Source: Candidatus Paceibacter sp. (GTDB taxonomy: Bacteria > Patescibacteriota > Minisyncoccia > UBA6257 > 02-FULL-45-10c). Taken from it: a stretch of DNA of 64,000 bases. Positions 56,035-64,000 of this stretch are shown one piece after another (position 1 is the first letter of the stretch; each line of letters opens with the position of its first letter). The DNA lies in the NCBI GenBank assembly GCA_020724845.1, contig DYGE01000003.1, positions 1,377-65,376 of the forward strand. The letters are read 5' to 3'. The position numbers were made by a program, and so were the translations under genes. The notes below the pieces were generated by a model that was not told the origin of the DNA, did no database searches, and saw nothing but the letters and a program-made list of their open reading frames with translations.

Positions 56035-56865
56035 ATGGACATGGATGATTTTAAAAAGTTAAGCGGCAGTTTTTCGCCAACCGACATTTCCGCTTCTAAC
56101 ATTCAAGCTTTAATTGAAAGCGAAAGATGGAAGGCGAAGTTTGAGACGCTTCAGGAAGCGTTGGAGAACGAGCGAAAAGAAAGAAAGGAGCTGGAGACTA
56201 ATCTTAACAAGCTGGCATTTGAGCTCGGTGCCGCCAAAAATGAAATTAAGCTCTTGGAAGACAAGATCAAGCTTCTTACGAGCGGAGCCGGCCCCGAAAG
56301 GCTTCGCCATGAGGCAGGCAAAAGCCAGCCCGCGGTTCACGAATATAAGGAGGAGCCAAAAACCGAACACAAGGTTGCTCAAGAACCGGCGCAAGCGGAG
56401 GTTAAGCCGAGCGCGAAGCCGGCTGAACAAACGATAGAGCCGGAGCCAAAGCTTAGAAAAGAGGAAGTTGCGCCTGATGAGCCGGAAGAGAATGTTGATC
56501 CGCCGAAACTTTTTGAAGAGCTCTGGATTGAGCAGTTTAAGGAAGAGGAAAAAGAAGGAGACTTGGAAATAAAGTCTGCGATCGCGGAAGCGTATCAGGA
56601 ACAAGCGGAAAAAGTTTGGGAGCTTGGCGACGCAATTTTAGAGGCGTTGAGCGAGTCTCCTAATGAGCTTTGCTATGATTTCCTTAGGAAAAGGGGAACT
56701 GAAGACAGCATCTATACTAAATTCATTGACGGCGTGGCGGCGCTGGAAGAAGAATTCGGCAAGTACAGGAATATTGTGGAAGTGGTGGACTACGACTTGA
56801 AGAGCTTGAACAAAGTTATCCCGCACTTAAAAACGACTTGTTCCGAAATTTTCCACTCTGGCTAA
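56035..56865 (+). CDS. Hypothetical coiled-coil protein with a Pro/Glu/Lys-rich linker
   Basis: ORF only. Heptad-rich N-terminus. Confidence 0.45.
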   Translation: MDMDDFKKLSGSFSPTDISASNIQALIESERWKAKFETLQEALENERKERKELETNLNKLAFELGAAKNEIKLLEDKIKLLTSGAGPERLRHEAGKSQPAVHEYKEEPKTEHKVAQEPAQAEVKPSAKPAEQTIEPEPKLRKEEVAPDEPEENVDPPKLFEELWIEQFKEEEKEGDLEIKSAIAEAYQEQAEKVWELGDAILEALSESPNELCYDFLRKRGTEDSIYTKFIDGVAALEEEFGKYRNIVEVVDYDLKSLNKVIPHLKTTCSEIFHSG

Positions 56866-56923
56866 ATTTGCGGTTTTGGGTGGTTTGTGACATAATTTAC
56901 CCGTCTTTGAAAAGGAGGTTTGG

Positions 56924-57574
56924 ATGAGCAGAGTTCGGGATGTGGCGTTTTTGGAAAGCGGAGTAAATCAGCTGGCTGAAGCGGCCAAGATTGACCCGGA
57001 GGCCTGGAAGAAGTTTATGGCTCACATGGCCGGGCTGAAGGAGCATCACTTGGAAACCTATCTTCATTGTCTCCGAGTCGGCGCCTACTCGTTCGGTTTG
57101 GCCGAAATGGAGAAGTGGCAAGATCTGAAATACCCGCTTTTCGGCGGCTGCGGCCACGACGATGGCAAGTGCGAGGTTGAGCAGGTTCTCCTAGGGGCGA
57201 CCGGCCGGCTGACCGAGGAAGAGTTCAACCGAATAAAGAAGCACACTAGAGAAGGATTTAACCGGCTGAAGGAGAGTTTTCTCTTTACGGCCTTTATTGC
57301 CGGCATGCACCATAAGTTCCAGGATAAGGGCTACGGCATTGACCTGGATAGGGACTCGCCGGTTCCGCTAAGCGATGAGTCCAAGGAAATGGTGCGTAAA
57401 ACCGCGGTGCTGGTGATGACTGCCGACTTCTTTGACGCTTTGACCACCCGAAGTAACAACAAGGGATTGATTGATGACCCAAGTGATCCGGCTAAGCAGG
57501 CTGAGGTAATGACCCAGTTCTTCCCGGAAACTCCAGCGAGAGTAGCATGGCTAGTTGAAAATAGAATTAAGTGA
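56924..57574 (+). CDS. HD-domain phosphohydrolase-like protein
   Basis: HCLRVGAYS ... GCGHDDGK gives an H...HD pattern. Confidence 0.45.
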   Translation: MSRVRDVAFLESGVNQLAEAAKIDPEAWKKFMAHMAGLKEHHLETYLHCLRVGAYSFGLAEMEKWQDLKYPLFGGCGHDDGKCEVEQVLLGATGRLTEEEFNRIKKHTREGFNRLKESFLFTAFIAGMHHKFQDKGYGIDLDRDSPVPLSDESKEMVRKTAVLVMTADFFDALTTRSNNKGLIDDPSDPAKQAEVMTQFFPETPARVAWLVENRIK

Positions 57575-57581
57575 GATCTTC

Positions 57582-57613
57582 GCCCCGCAGCGTTACGCTG
57601 CGGGGCCTTTTTT
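57582..57613 (+). terminator. Rho-independent terminator
   Basis: GCCCCGCAGCGTTACGCTGCGGGGCCTTTTTTG. Confidence 0.6.
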
Positions 57614-57679
57614 GTTTGACAATGGGGATTTAAAATTGTAAACTCTTGGCAGAAGTATCCTTAATAACAAGGAGATGAG

Positions 57680-58219
57680 ATGAGAAAGGCGCTGATTTTA
57701 GCAGTTTTCGCGTTTTGGCCTGGCCTTTGCGCCGCTGCCTCAAATGGTCCGGAGATGGCCATTTCTCTTAAGAAGGGATTTTCAATGAAGCCGATGATGG
57801 AAAGCCCGGCTCGGTCTTATTCGGCTGATGATCTGGATGTTTTTTTCTATGACATAAAAACCAAGAATAGGTATTGGGGAATGGGGGTTCGGAAACGGGA
57901 GGACAGCGAGAAGACAAAATACTTGGCGCTTCCGGTTATCAGAGGCGCCTTGGAAGATATCGGCGCCGCGACTAAAGAAAGTTTGACTGATTCCGGCTGG
58001 CGGATCGGTTACGGGCTTGGGCCTAATTTCGTTTCTGGATCCGGATCTAAGCTTTATTTTTATGGAGAGGTGGTTGTCGGTTTGGATATTGTCCTTTGGA
58101 AATGGCAGCGCGGTGAAAGGTCTTTCGCTTTCAACTGCGATGTGAAATTCGAAGCTCTGAAGAATTTCGACTTGATGTCCTTGACTCCGATGATCGGCTT
58201 TACCTATCAGTTATTCTAG
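57680..58219 (+). CDS. Hypothetical secreted protein
   Basis: Signal peptide (AFWPGLCAAAS). Possibly a lipoprotein (LCAA). Confidence 0.4.
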   Translation: MRKALILAVFAFWPGLCAAASNGPEMAISLKKGFSMKPMMESPARSYSADDLDVFFYDIKTKNRYWGMGVRKREDSEKTKYLALPVIRGALEDIGAATKESLTDSGWRIGYGLGPNFVSGSGSKLYFYGEVVVGLDIVLWKWQRGERSFAFNCDVKFEALKNFDLMSLTPMIGFTYQLF

Positions 58220-58290
58220 TTTATCAACCGCCTGTTGGGCGGTTTTTGAATTGCTGATATAATTAGGAGAGTAGAATCCAAAAGACTGAA

Positions 58291-59841
58291 ATGCTAAAGT
58301 TTTTATTTACCAACAAATTGTTTCTGGCGATCATTGGAGCGGCTGTTCTGGCCGGCATTGCGTACTTTGCTTTTAATAATGAAGCGCCTCAAGCCGACAC
58401 TGCTGAAGCGCAGATAAGAGATTTAAAACAAATAGTCAGCGTAACCGGTTCGGTGAGGTCTTCGGAGGAGATAGATTTGGCGTTTGAGGTTTCGGGCAGA
58501 GTCTCTGATATTTATGTAAACGTAGGCGATCAGGTTATTTCCGGCCAGAGATTGGTGTCTCTGGACGCTAGCGAGCTGCTGGCCCAATTGAGCGATGCCA
58601 AAGCCAATTTAGAAGTTCAGGTTGCTAAATTAGACGAGCTTAGGAAGGGAACTAGGGCTGAAGAAATAAACGTCGCTATTGCCAAGGTTAGAAGCGCGGA
58701 AGACGCATTGTCCGATGCCAAATTAAACTTCACCAACAGCGCCAAAGATGCCTTTACTAAAGCCGATGACGCCGTAAGAAACAAAGTTGATCAATTTTTT
58801 GATAATTCCAGAAGTTCCAATCCGGAACTCTCTTTTCAGCCGAATAATGCTCAACTTGGAAACAAACTTGAGCAAGCGCGGCCTGGCATTGAACAAATTC
58901 TTAACGAATGGAAGTCGGCGACGGACGCCCTATCGGTCAATAGCAATTTAAGCCAGCATTCTGATTTAGCGAATAGCTACCTGAATTCCATCAACTTATT
59001 TTTAGATGACGTGGCTTTGATGTTGAATTCCCTCACCCCTACGGGAGAAGTTTCCCAGACTAACATAGATAAGTACAGAACAGATGTTTCAACTGCCAGA
59101 ACTAATTTAAATACCGCCATAACCAACCTTGCCTCGTCCGAAGAAAAATTTAACAGCGCTAGAGCCAGTTTGGCTGTCGCGGAGCGGGAACTTGAATTAA
59201 AACAGGCGGGAGCAACCCAAGAGCAGATCGCGGCGCAAGAGGCGCTCGTGCGGCAAGCGGAAGCCAAACTGCAGGTTACTAATTCTCAACTTAGCAAAAC
59301 CGTCCTGCGAGCTCCCTTTGCGGGAGTGGTTGCCAAGAAAGACGTGAAGGTGGGCGAAATTGCGCGGGTTAACAGCCCGGCTATCTCGGTGATTGGGCAA
59401 AGCGAGTTTGAAATTGAAACATTTGTGCCGGAAGCGGATATTGCCAGCGTAAGCGTGGGGGACATTGCTGAAATCACGCTTGACGCGTATGGGAATGACG
59501 AGCTTTTTGAGGCCGAGGTGGTTTCCATTGACCCCGCGGAAACCGTGGTGGGCGGCGTGCCGACTTATAAAACGATTTTAGAATTGAAGGCTGTGAATGG
59601 GAGGATTAAGTCAGGTATGACCGCGAACATTGATATTCTAGCTGATATGAGAGAGGGCGCGATCGCGATTCCGGTGAGGGCGGTGATATATCGCAATGGC
59701 GATAGGATCGTCAGAGTATTGACCGGCGGGGAGATTGTAGAAAAAATGGTTGAGACGGGCATACGCGGCAGCGACGGATTTATTGAAATCACGCGCGGCA
59801 TTGAAGCGGGAGAGGAGATAGTTGTGTTTATAAGAGATTAA
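58291..59841 (+). CDS. Efflux-pump periplasmic adaptor (HlyD/MacA-like membrane fusion protein)
   Basis: N-terminal TM anchor, biotinyl/lipoyl-like hairpin, long coiled coil, RAPFAGVV beta-barrel motif. Immediately upstream of the MacB-like ABC genes. Confidence 0.65.
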   Translation: MLKFLFTNKLFLAIIGAAVLAGIAYFAFNNEAPQADTAEAQIRDLKQIVSVTGSVRSSEEIDLAFEVSGRVSDIYVNVGDQVISGQRLVSLDASELLAQLSDAKANLEVQVAKLDELRKGTRAEEINVAIAKVRSAEDALSDAKLNFTNSAKDAFTKADDAVRNKVDQFFDNSRSSNPELSFQPNNAQLGNKLEQARPGIEQILNEWKSATDALSVNSNLSQHSDLANSYLNSINLFLDDVALMLNSLTPTGEVSQTNIDKYRTDVSTARTNLNTAITNLASSEEKFNSARASLAVAERELELKQAGATQEQIAAQEALVRQAEAKLQVTNSQLSKTVLRAPFAGVVAKKDVKVGEIARVNSPAISVIGQSEFEIETFVPEADIASVSVGDIAEITLDAYGNDELFEAEVVSIDPAETVVGGVPTYKTILELKAVNGRIKSGMTANIDILADMREGAIAIPVRAVIYRNGDRIVRVLTGGEIVEKMVETGIRGSDGFIEITRGIEAGEEIVVFIRD

Positions 59842-59852
59842 TTTCGCGCGGC

Positions 59853-60569
59853 ATGGCCTTGATTGAAGTAAAAGATCTGCGGAAAACTTATGTCAATGAC
59901 GGTGTGGAGACGCCTGCTTTGAGAGGCGTTTCTTTTTCAATTGGAAAGGGGGAATTCGTGTCTATTATGGGACCCTCGGGATCCGGCAAGTCAACCCTTC
60001 TGCATATTCTGGGGTTTTTAGACCGGCAAACTTCCGGCGTGTATAAGTTCAATCAAAAAACAATAGACGGTTATTCAAGCGATGAGCTGGCAAAGCTGCG
60101 CAATGAAAAAATGGGGTTTGTGTTCCAGATGTTTAATTTGTTGCCGCGCACTACCGTTCTTGATAATGTGCTGTTGCCGCTGGTATATTCCGGCTTAGAA
60201 GAAAATCAATGGGAGCAAAAAGCGGCGAAGGCGGTGGAGCAGGTCGGGCTTGCGCATAGGATGAATCATGAATCCTCCCAGCTTTCCGGCGGAGAAAAAC
60301 AGAGGGTAGCAATCGCGAGGGCGCTTGTTAATGACGCGGAAGTTATTTTCGCAGATGAGCCGACTGGCAATTTAGATTCCAAGTCCGGAGAAGTGATTAT
60401 GGATACGCTGCAAAACCTAAATAAGATGGGCCACACTATTGTATTAATAACTCACGAAACTTACACTGCTGAACACTCCCAAAGGATTATTCGCTTGAAG
60501 GATGGATTAATGGAGAGCGATACTCCTGTGAAGAACAGGAGAATTGCGAATGGCCATTTCACTAAATAA
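59853..60569 (+). CDS. ABC transporter ATP-binding protein (MacB/LolD/FtsE-like)
   Basis: GPSGSGKST Walker [16 protein letters not shown] signature, [11 protein letters not shown] Walker B. Confidence 0.85.
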   Translation: MALIEVKDLRKTYVNDGVETPALRGVSFSIGKGEFVSIMGPSGSGKSTLLHILGFLDRQTSGVYKFNQKTIDGYSSDELAKLRNEKMGFVFQMFNLLPRTTVLDNVLLPLVYSGLEENQWEQKAAKAVEQVGLAHRMNHESSQLSGGEKQRVAIARALVNDAEVIFADEPTGNLDSKSGEVIMDTLQNLNKMGHTIVLITHETYTAEHSQRIIRLKDGLMESDTPVKNRRIANGHFTK

Positions 60570-60574
60570 TTTCA

Positions 60575-61819
60575 ATGCAACTTAAGCACGGATTTAAAAT
60601 AGCGCTGAATGGCTTACAGGCGAATAAATCTCGCACTGCTTTAACTATTTTGGGCATAGTCATAGGCATTACCGCGATCATACTGGTGATGTCTTTAGGC
60701 GAGGGCGCTAGGGAGTTGATTTTGAGCGAGGTGCGCGGCATGGGGGCTGAAACTATAGTTATTCGCCCCGGCCGTGAGCCGAAGGGGCCTACCGATATTG
60801 CTGAAACTGTTTTTTCTGACTCTCTTACTAGTAGAGATGTGGATGCGCTTAGGCTGAAGAGTAATGTTCCCGGATTGGTGGATGTGGCTCCCGGCGTGAT
60901 AGTTACCGGCAGCGTTTCTTACTTAGGGGAGACCTACAAGCCGTTTATTTTGGGCTGGTCAGCCGAATTTATGGTGGATTTTTTGGATCTTTATCCGGAG
61001 GACGGGGAGATATTTTATGAAAGCGATATCAGGCAGAAGTCCAGCGTGGCGATTATCGGATCTAAGGTTAAGGAAGAGCTTTTCGGCGATTCGGACGCGG
61101 TCGGGCAGAATATAACGATTAAAGATAGAAAATTCAGGATTGTCGGCGCATACCCTCCGAGAGGGCAATTGGCCTTTTTCAACGTTGATGACTTGGTATT
61201 GATTCCTTATACTACTGCCCAGTCGTACCTTCTTGGCATTGATCACTACCACGAAATTATCACCAGAGCGGCGAGTCCCGACTTGGTTGACCAGACGGTG
61301 CGTGATATAGAGCTCACGTTGCGGGAAAGCCATAACATCACCGATCCGGAAAAAGATGACTTTTTTATAGTCACGCAACAAGGGCTGGTGGATCAGATTA
61401 AAATTATCACTCAAACTTTTACCGCTTTTCTTGCGTTGGTGGTCGCGATATCGCTCGTAGTCGGCGGAATAGGCATTATGAACATCATGTTGGTATCGGT
61501 AACAGAAAGGACGAGGGAAATCGGCTTGCGCAAGGCCATCGGCGCCACCAACAGAGATATTCTCACCCAATTTCTTCTTGAGTCGGTTTTATTAACATCA
61601 GCCGGAGGAGTGATAGGCATTGCGATCGGCCTCGGCCTCTCGCTGGGAATTTCGGTGGTGCTTAGCCAATTTTTAGGAATTAATTGGGAATTTTCTATTC
61701 CCATTGCGGGCATTGTGCTTGGATTAGGCGTTTCCGGATTAGTGGGATTAATTTTTGGACTGTATCCGGCAAGGCACGCGGCGCGAAAGGATCCGATTGA
61801 AGCATTGCGCTACGAATAG
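60575..61819 (+). CDS. ABC transporter permease (FtsX/MacB-type with a periplasmic domain)
   Basis: N-terminal TM helix, roughly 220-aa periplasmic domain, three C-terminal TM helices. GIMNIMLVSVTERTREIGLRKAIGA is typical of the FtsX domain. Confidence 0.8.
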   Translation: MQLKHGFKIALNGLQANKSRTALTILGIVIGITAIILVMSLGEGARELILSEVRGMGAETIVIRPGREPKGPTDIAETVFSDSLTSRDVDALRLKSNVPGLVDVAPGVIVTGSVSYLGETYKPFILGWSAEFMVDFLDLYPEDGEIFYESDIRQKSSVAIIGSKVKEELFGDSDAVGQNITIKDRKFRIVGAYPPRGQLAFFNVDDLVLIPYTTAQSYLLGIDHYHEIITRAASPDLVDQTVRDIELTLRESHNITDPEKDDFFIVTQQGLVDQIKIITQTFTAFLALVVAISLVVGGIGIMNIMLVSVTERTREIGLRKAIGATNRDILTQFLLESVLLTSAGGVIGIAIGLGLSLGISVVLSQFLGINWEFSIPIAGIVLGLGVSGLVGLIFGLYPARHAARKDPIEALRYE

Positions 61820-62119
61820 CCGCGCAGGAAAATTTTTCTGGAATTTTTCTTGAAACGTTTTTGCGATTTATTACGTTATATTTTTTGTGAAAGATATTTT
61901 TAAATTTTTTTTTCGGAAAAATTTAAGTTATCCACAGTTTAGAAAAATTTTTTTCGCGGATATTATTTGTATAATGAAATTAGAAAGGAATTTTTTCAAA
62001 AATGTTTTCTGATGTCGCAAAAATTTTTCTTGCGATGAAAGCAGAAAGGTCGCTTGCAAACTTATCTTAACAATGATCAGATAAGTTTGGATAATTAATT
62101 TCAAATTTGCAATTGAACA
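61820..62119. other. 300-bp AT-rich intergenic region. It has at least five copies of the palindrome-like motif GAAAA(A)TTTTTC, one perfect DnaA box (TTATCCACA, 61928-61936) and a one-mismatch box (TTATCCAAA, 62083-62091, minus strand).
   Basis: Direct reading. The spacer is unusually long and AT-rich for this compact genome. Confidence 0.5.
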
Positions 62120-62254
62120 ATGGCAAAGAAGAAAAGAAAGGCCGCCAAAAAAGCAAAAAAGTCTAAGAAGCCGATGAAGAAGGCTAAGAAAGCCAAGAAG
62201 GCTAAAAAGACTAAGAAAGCTGCAAAGCGAGGCGGGAAAAAGCGCCGCAGATAA
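62120..62254 (+). CDS. 44-aa Lys/Ala-rich highly basic protein (histone H1/Hc1-like or ribosome-associated). Not in the ORF track because of its size.
   Basis: MAKKKRKAAKKAKKSKKPMKKAKKAKKAKKTKKAAKRGGKKRRR. Followed by a strong terminator. Confidence 0.5.
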   Translation: MAKKKRKAAKKAKKSKKPMKKAKKAKKAKKTKKAAKRGGKKRRR

Positions 62255-62270
62255 AGTTTATCTGTTTAAA

Positions 62271-62298
62271 ACACCCCCGGTTTTCGGGGGTGTTTTAT
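62271..62298 (+). terminator. Rho-independent terminator
   Basis: ACACCCCCGGTTTTCGGGGGTGTTTTATT. Confidence 0.6.
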
Positions 62299-62332
62299 TG
62301 AAAAATAAATTATAAAAGTTTAAAATAAATTT

Positions 62333-63400
62333 ATGTTGGAAAATTTCTTTTCTCCGGACACCTTGCAAAGGGTATTTCTTGGAAACACATTAGAGGATTT
62401 TATTGTCGCGGGCGGCGCTTTTTTGGTGCTGCTGCTGGTTTTTAAGCTGCTGCAGGCGATTTTGTTTTACCGATTCAAAAAACTGGCCGAAAAAACCGCC
62501 ACCGCGGCCGACGATGTTTTCATAGAAATCCTCCGCTCTATCAGGCCGCCCTTCTATTCTTATCTTTCGTTCTATTTGGCGATGAGCTTTTTGGAATTGC
62601 CTGGCGCTTTCAGAAAGGTAATCAATGTAATTCTGGTGGTCTGGGCGGTTTACCAAGTGACTTTGGCGCTGCAAATCCTGATAGATTATCTGCTTCATGG
62701 GCGATTGAAAGATGCCGCGGCTGCCAGCAATCGCGAGGCCTTGAAGGTGCTCGGCAAGGTGCTGAAGGGGATTTTGTGGACAATTGGCGTCTTGTTTATT
62801 TTATCCAATGTCGGCATTGACGTTACTTCTTTCATTGCCGGGCTTGGCATCGGCGGTGTTGCGGTAGCTCTGGCGCTTCAAAATATTTTGAGCGACCTTT
62901 TCAGCTCCTTCGCGATTTTCTTTGACAAGCCGTTTGAGGTCGGCGATTTTGTAGTTGTCGGCGAGAATCTCGGGGTAGTGGAAAGAATTGGAATTAAAAC
63001 CACCCGCCTGCGCGCTTTGCAGGGCGAAGAAATAGTAATTTCTAACAGGGAATTGACCTCTGTCAGGATTCAGAATTTCAAAAAGATGAAAGAGCGGCGC
63101 GTGGCTTTTAGCTTTGGCGTGACTTACGATACCCCGATTGAAAAGCTGAAAGAAATCCCGCAGATTATAAAAGAAATCATAACAGCCGAAGAGTTGGCTC
63201 GTTTTAGCCGAGCCCATTTTAATAAATTTGACGATTCCGCCTTGAATTTTGAAGTCGTTTATTATGTGCAAACCGCTGACTACGATAAATATATGGATAT
63301 CAATCAGGATATCCACCTTAAAGTAAAGGAAGCGTTTGATAAAAGAAAAATATCCATGGCTTTCCCGACCAGGACTATCTATCTGGAAAGGGAAAATTAA
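62333..63400 (+). CDS. mscS: Small-conductance mechanosensitive channel (MscS family)
   Basis: Three N-terminal TM helices. TM3 pore helix GLGIGGVAVALALQNILSDLFSS. beta-domain VVVGENLGVVERIGIKTTRLRALQGEEIVISN. Confidence 0.75.
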   Translation: MLENFFSPDTLQRVFLGNTLEDFIVAGGAFLVLLLVFKLLQAILFYRFKKLAEKTATAADDVFIEILRSIRPPFYSYLSFYLAMSFLELPGAFRKVINVILVVWAVYQVTLALQILIDYLLHGRLKDAAAASNREALKVLGKVLKGILWTIGVLFILSNVGIDVTSFIAGLGIGGVAVALALQNILSDLFSSFAIFFDKPFEVGDFVVVGENLGVVERIGIKTTRLRALQGEEIVISNRELTSVRIQNFKKMKERRVAFSFGVTYDTPIEKLKEIPQIIKEIITAEELARFSRAHFNKFDDSALNFEVVYYVQTADYDKYMDINQDIHLKVKEAFDKRKISMAFPTRTIYLEREN

Positions 63401-63408
63401 AAAGCGGA

Positions 63409-63978
63409 TTAACTTCCGCTTTTTTGTATTTTTTTCTCCAAAGAATCCAGCACATGCTTCGCGATGTATTCAACCATTTCTTGCTCGCCGAGGTCAGTGG
63501 TGTCAATGAGGTGCAGTTGGGGATATTGCGGTGACAAAACTTCATAGACCTTTTTAAATCTCGTAACCAGCGTTGCCACGGTTTTGGGGTTTGTCGTCTC
63601 GCCCGGCTCTTTGCTAAGAGCTATTTTCAATTCTCGTTCCATGGCGACCATGGGGTCAGCAGTCATGAAATATACCGCGTCCAGCTTGTCGGTAAAGAAT
63701 CGGGAGAGAAAGAAAGATTGTATCGTTTGCTTTTCATCCGCGTCCAATTTGCCTTTCTCATCCCAGTATTCCATCCAGCAATAGGCGTCGAACAGGCAAC
63801 GGTCAAAGATGACGATGTCATACAGAGTGCCCATACTGATGTCTACCAGCATTTCGGCGGCGTACATTCCGGTTCTGATATTGTAGAGCGGGGTTGCTCT
63901 TGATATGTGGCGGATAACTTCCGCCCCTTCCTGCGGGCAGAGAACTCGGAATCCCTGTCGCCTGAAGAATTTGTCCAA
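63409..63978 (-). CDS. Nucleoside/nucleotide kinase-like protein (deoxynucleoside kinase-like DRC/ERS motif). The N-terminus may extend beyond the window end.
   Basis: IFDRCLFDAYCWMEY resembles the dNK ERS-motif region. Terminator-like sequence downstream. Weak call. Confidence 0.35.
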   Translation of the reverse strand: MDKFFRRQGFRVLCPQEGAEVIRHISRATPLYNIRTGMYAAEMLVDISMGTLYDIVIFDRCLFDAYCWMEYWDEKGKLDADEKQTIQSFFLSRFFTDKLDAVYFMTADPMVAMERELKIALSKEPGETTNPKTVATLVTRFKKVYEVLSPQYPQLHLIDTTDLGEQEMVEYIAKHVLDSLEKKIQKSGS

Positions 63979-64000
63979 TTCTTTGATGCAGGTGGTTTTC

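Overview
The window looks like a gene-dense genome from a small-genome, probably CPR/Patescibacteria-like bacterium. It has very short intergenic spacers, many rho-independent hairpin terminators and a standard genetic code. Bases 1-22600 carry housekeeping genes: pth, lepB, hisS, HIT, rpsU, yqeY, SDR, ybeY, ftsA, ftsZ, class II ribonucleotide reductase, a znuCB-zur zinc module with a perfect palindromic operator, YibE/F, superoxide dismutase and a DEDDh exonuclease. A copper-homeostasis cluster follows: a Met-rich secreted protein, a CPH-motif P1B-type ATPase with two N-terminal CxxC zinc-ribbon metal-binding domains, and a CcdA-like and a DUF1573 protein. The most interesting region is 22674-35214. 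A tRNA (most likely Asn-GUU) is split in its anticodon loop by a group I intron of about 567 nt that encodes an HNH homing endonuclease. A large serine recombinase gene directly abuts the tRNA 3' end. Behind it lies an apparent integrated element with an 11-bp-phased iteron array, a winged-helix Rep-like protein and a SpoVG-like protein. The element carries a tightly overlapping six-gene operon: an HTH protein, a Vsr-Dcm fusion (T/G mismatch endonuclease plus C5-cytosine methyltransferase), a GHKL/Bergerat ATPase, a Z1-type P-loop NTPase and two PD-(D/E)XK-like nucleases. I interpret this as a methylation-linked anti-phage defence system of a poorly characterised type. The rest of the window holds many hypothetical secreted or membrane proteins, tsaC, a strongly GC-rich (probably horizontally acquired) SPFH/flotillin gene, a VKOR-family protein, a sensor histidine kinase, a duplicated roughly 60-nt leader in front of two unrelated genes, a MacAB-like efflux module, a 300-bp AT-rich spacer with DnaA boxes and GAAAAATTTTTC palindromes upstream of a 44-aa Lys/Ala-rich histone-like protein, and mscS. 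No rRNA genes and no CRISPR arrays were seen.
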